Program-made: the position numbers and the translations under genes
In this document: positions 61,201 through 64,000 of the stretch, piece after piece
How positions within the stretch are numbered: the first letter of the stretch is position 1
Layout: every line of letters starts with the position of its first letter
Notes under the pieces: model-generated
Told to the model about the DNA's origin: nothing
Database searches by the model: none
Seen by the model: the letters and a program-made list of their open reading frames with translations, nothing else
Source: Candidatus Binatia bacterium
GTDB lineage: Bacteria; Desulfobacterota; Binatia; HRBIN30
NCBI GenBank assembly: GCA_038245295.1
Contig: JBBRSP010000001.1
Span: forward strand, 128,001-192,000
DNA length: 64,000 nt
Direction: 5' to 3'

Positions 61201-61412
61201 CGGCCATGAGCCGCGCCATCGGCAGCGAGGTGCAACGGCCGATCGCCGTGGTGATCGTCGGTGGGACGGTGAGCGCGTGTTTGCTGACTCTGTTGGTGTT
61301 GCCGGCAATGTACCGTCTGTGGAGCGAAACGCGCGATCGTTTTTTTACGGGTTTCAATTTCAGTGACTGGCGCCTGGGTGGGGAAGGAGCAGGGCCTGAC
61401 GTCACGGCGTAG
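58254..61412 (+). CDS. CusA/CzcA-family RND permease, copy 1
   Basis: IEAFPD, SLFGLS, AVDFGIIVDGAVVIIE, EFLPELNEG, RLRPVLMTA. Confidence 0.95.
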   Translation: MVERLVQLALQNRTAVLFFTLVVIIAGVFAFRGLTIEAFPDPTDTQVNVITLFAGQPAEEVERQIGLPLERALNGTPGLTRLRNLSLFGLSYVTLTFADGVEPLFARSQVLERLRDASLPQDVVPELGPMATPIGEIYRYTLGGGGDDPMRLRTLQEWVVGPRLRRAAGVADVVNYGGLVREVHVQPSPARLAAYGLTLEDLETALKRGSFNASGGILERGSEHLVIRSQGLFRNLDDIGEVHVATRDGTPVRIRDIASVNDGWAQRQGVVSRGPQSDVVEGIVLMRRGENPSAVLDRVREAVEELNTHILPDGVQVRPFYDRTDLVSTTLHTVGHNLLEGAVLVVLVLYAFLLDLPAALIVASLIPLSLMSAFIYLKMRGMSANLLSMGAVDFGIIVDGAVVIIESIVQRLASRHGEESGGQRVAPDILLARIRLAVNDVVRPTVFSLMIIIAAYLPIFLLERVEGRIFAPMSNTVVAALIGALFFSVTLVPILAALVYRRPLKHRTSPILVFAQRLYDPSLAWALRRPVWVLGGSVVALVGAVVLLGTQGSEFLPELNEGSLYLTFTLPSNISLNEGRRLVPQITRILRQYPEVKEVLSQLGRPEDGTDPTLSNNLEYFVRLNPPEEWPPKLRTLSDVIEDLDRGLREIPGLEVNFSQPIRDNVNENISGQFGQIALKIYGDDLKVLQDLAEKTQGVVADVAGVADLGIVKSSEIPQLQIEPNRAALGRYGLDMESFQHVLQAALGGQPVEVLWSGEARFDIVMRYPATARADIEKIRKLRVPVQGGITVPMETLAQIDVGRGRAAISRENGHRYVGIRMNVRGRDMGSFVDEARASVAAKVPLPQGFSMEWGGEFESKERAMRRLTLVVPLALLITLALLFNAFGKFAPAVLVLLNVPFALVGGVAALALVGMPLSVSAAVGFIALIGQASLNGVLVLSAILEREAEGKPLLEAIRQGCRERLRPVLMTAVLAALGLVPAAMSRAIGSEVQRPIAVVIVGGTVSACLLTLLVLPAMYRLWSETRDRFFTGFNFSDWRLGGEGAGPDVTA

Positions 61413-61418
61413 GGAGTC

Positions 61419-64000
61419 ATGTTCGATCATCTAGTTCGTTTTGCCATTCGCAATCGTAGCGCTGTTCTCTTCTTTACGTTGGTCGTGATCATCGGCGGCT
61501 GGTCTTCGTTTCGTCAACTGACGATCGAGGCGTTCCCCGACCCGACGGATACACAGGTCAACGTCATCACCTTGTTCCCCGGCCAGGCGGCCGAGGAAGT
61601 CGAACGCCAGCTCGGCCTGCCTGTCGAGCGGGCGCTCAACGGTACGCCGGGCCTGACCCGACTGCGCAATCTGTCGCTATTCGGATTGTCGTTCGTGACA
61701 CTGACGTTTGACGACGGCATCGATCCGCTTTTTGCGCGCGCCCAGGTGCTGGAGCGGTTGCGTGACGCCGACCTGCCCGACGGAATTGCTCCGGAGCTCG
61801 GGCCACTCGCGACGCCTATCGGGGAGATCTACCGCTACACCTTGTCGGGCGCCGATCCGATGAAGCTGCGCACCCTTCAAGACTGGGTCGTGCGGCCACG
61901 ACTGTTGCGCGCCGCCGGTGTTGCCGACGTAGTCAGTTACGGCGGCTTGGTGCGCGAAATCCACGTCCAGCCGGCCCCGGCGCGTCTGGCTGCCTACGGC
62001 CTGACGATGGAGGATCTCGAAACGGCTCTAAAAAAGTCGTCGCAGAATGCCAGCGGTGGCATCCTCGAACGCGGTGACGAGCAGATCGTCATTCGCAGTG
62101 AGGGGTTGTTCAGCTCGATGGACGATATCGCCGCGGTCAACGTGGCAACCCACGAGGGCACGCCGGTTCTGGTGCGCGACGTGGCGGCGGTGACGGATGG
62201 TTGGACACCCCGTCAGGGCGTCGTGGCGCGCAACGGCGAGAACGACACGGTCGAAGGCATCGTATTGATGCGGCGTGGCGAGAATCCGTCGGTGGTCTTG
62301 CCCAAGCTGCGTGCGGCAGTCGCCGAGTTGAGTGATCGATCGCTTCCCGATACTGTGAAACTGACGCCGTTCTACGATCGTACCGAGTTGGTCGACACCA
62401 CCCTGCACACGGTCGGCCACAACCTGCTGGAGGGCGCCTTCCTGGTGACCTTCGTGTTGTTCATCTTCCTGCTCGATCTGCGCGCGGCGCTCATCGTGGC
62501 CGTGTTGATCCCGCTCTCGCTGCTCAGCGCATTCATCTACCTGCGCGTGCGCGGCATGAGCGCCAACCTGCTCAGCATGGGCGCGGTCGACTTCGGCATT
62601 ATTGTCGACGGCGCCGTGGTCATCATCGAAAACATCGTTCATAGGCTCAGCCAGGCTGAGGACGGCGAGACCTTGGTCGAGCTTTCCGGACGCGTCGAGC
62701 GGGCGGTGACGGACGTCGTGCGGCCGACCGTCTTTTCCCTGCTCATCATCATCGCCGCCTACCTGCCGATCTTTCTCCTCGAGCGCGTCGAAGGGCGCAT
62801 CTTCGCGCCGATGGCCAATACCGTCGTCGCGGCGCTTCTCGGTGCCTTGTTGTTTTCGGTGACCCTGGTCCCGGTGTTGGCGACCATGGTCTATCGCAAG
62901 CCGATTCGACATCGCGAATCGCCGATTCTGCGTTGGGTGCAGGTCTTCTACGAGCCGACGCTCGACTGGGTGTTGCGCCACTCGGGCATCGTTCTCGGCC
63001 TCAGCCTCGCCGCGCTCGTGGCGGTGGGGGCCAGCGTCGGTCAGCTCGGTTCCGAGTTCTTGCCGGCGCTCAACGAAGGCTCGCTGTGGGTGACGTTCGC
63101 GCTGCCGGCCAACGTCAGCCTGACGCGAGGGCGCAAGCTCATGCCCGAGTTACTTGGTATCCTGCGGCGTTCACCGGCGGTCGACGAGGTCATGGGTCAG
63201 CTCGGTCGTCCGGAAGATGGCACGGACCCGTCGCTGCCGAACAACCTCGAGGTGTTCGTCAAGCTCAAGCCGATGGAGCGATGGCCGGCGCACCTTCCGA
63301 CGATCGACTCGATCGTCGACGACCTGTCGGCTCAGATCGCCATGGTGCCTGGTGTCGAGGTGAACTTCTCACAACCGATCCGTGACAACGTGAACGACAG
63401 CATCTCCGGTCAGAAGGGGCAGATCGCCCTGAAGATTTACGGCGACGACTTGCGTGTCGTGCAAGAGATAGCCGACAACGCGAAGGATGCGATCGCCAAG
63501 GTTACTGGGGTGGCTGATCTCGGCATCGTCAAGAGCAACGAGATTCCACAGCTGCGCGTCCGCCCCGATCGTACGGCGCTGGCACGCTACGGCCTCGACG
63601 TCGACGACTTTCAGCACGCGTTGCAGGCGGCCCTGGGGGGACAGCAGGTGGGTGTGTTCTGGGACGGCGAAGCGCGCCACGACATCGTGTTGCGTTACCC
63701 GAGTGCGGCGCGCGACGACGATGAGAAGATTCGCAAGCTGCGCCTTGCCGTGCCGGGGGCGGCGACGGTGAGCCTCGACATGATGGCGAATGTCTCGATC
63801 ACCCACGGACGAGCGGCGATCAGCCGCGAGAATGGTCACCGCTACATAGGCCTGCGCATGAATGTGCGCGGTCGTGACCTCGGTAGCTTCGTGGACGAGG
63901 CGCGTGCCGCGGTCGACAAGGCCGTGCATCTGCCGAAGGGCGTTGGCCTCGAGTGGGGCGGTGAGTTCGAGAGCAAGGAGCGGGCGATGCACCGTCTGGA
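61419..64000 (+). CDS. CusA/CzcA-family RND permease, copy 2 (runs off the window end)
   Basis: Not in the ORF track; GGGAG RBS then MFDHLVRFAIRNRSAVLFF...IEAFPDPTDTQVNVITLF; colinear with copy 1 to the window end (EWGGEFESKERAM). Confidence 0.92.
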   Translation, partial: MFDHLVRFAIRNRSAVLFFTLVVIIGGWSSFRQLTIEAFPDPTDTQVNVITLFPGQAAEEVERQLGLPVERALNGTPGLTRLRNLSLFGLSFVTLTFDDGIDPLFARAQVLERLRDADLPDGIAPELGPLATPIGEIYRYTLSGADPMKLRTLQDWVVRPRLLRAAGVADVVSYGGLVREIHVQPAPARLAAYGLTMEDLETALKKSSQNASGGILERGDEQIVIRSEGLFSSMDDIAAVNVATHEGTPVLVRDVAAVTDGWTPRQGVVARNGENDTVEGIVLMRRGENPSVVLPKLRAAVAELSDRSLPDTVKLTPFYDRTELVDTTLHTVGHNLLEGAFLVTFVLFIFLLDLRAALIVAVLIPLSLLSAFIYLRVRGMSANLLSMGAVDFGIIVDGAVVIIENIVHRLSQAEDGETLVELSGRVERAVTDVVRPTVFSLLIIIAAYLPIFLLERVEGRIFAPMANTVVAALLGALLFSVTLVPVLATMVYRKPIRHRESPILRWVQVFYEPTLDWVLRHSGIVLGLSLAALVAVGASVGQLGSEFLPALNEGSLWVTFALPANVSLTRGRKLMPELLGILRRSPAVDEVMGQLGRPEDGTDPSLPNNLEVFVKLKPMERWPAHLPTIDSIVDDLSAQIAMVPGVEVNFSQPIRDNVNDSISGQKGQIALKIYGDDLRVVQEIADNAKDAIAKVTGVADLGIVKSNEIPQLRVRPDRTALARYGLDVDDFQHALQAALGGQQVGVFWDGEARHDIVLRYPSAARDDDEKIRKLRLAVPGAATVSLDMMANVSITHGRAAISRENGHRYIGLRMNVRGRDLGSFVDEARAAVDKAVHLPKGVGLEWGGEFESKERAMHRL

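Noticed and set aside
58593..61430. 945-aa minus-strand ORF
   Set aside because: Antisense shadow of the RND gene with no recognisable motifs, typical of high-GC codon bias.

Overview
High-GC bacterial chromosomal window with about 60 CDS. I found no rRNA, tRNA, CRISPR array or intact mobile element. Gene content is loosely suggestive of a Binatia/Myxococcota-like organism (inference only). Contents in order: a thiolase; a ~11 kb inorganic-carbon/pH block (fabI, secreted beta-carbonic anhydrase, sbtA, sbtB, a divergent winged-helix regulator, nhaR, an hpf-like gene, a 2-oxoacid:ferredoxin oxidoreductase and a glutaminase-STAS-cNMP fusion); amgK-murU; a quinohaemoprotein alcohol dehydrogenase; a HelD-like ATPase; an NTase-TPM-LemA triad; aroC; two Thr/Pro-rich secreted proteins sharing an unrecognised Cys-rich domain; P450/SDR; an SGNH-Lnt module with two paralogous Pro-rich proteins; a CsbD/YtxH stress cluster; pepA-PTPS-pyrD; and a TolC-MFP-RND-RND operon cut by the window end. 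The most striking element is not in the ORF track. It is a ~390-nt intergenic segment (~53717-54101) with plus-strand G:U-rich hairpins, a terminator-like 3' end and a 13-codon ORF. It also has several blocks complementary to conserved 16S rRNA segments: 19 nt against the 3' end, a further 9 nt in exact register, and a block against the ~1060-1075 region. It lies upstream of a divergent enoyl-CoA reductase/carboxylase-like gene. All calls are by eye from motifs and no searches were run. Start codons adjusted from the ORF track are my estimates.
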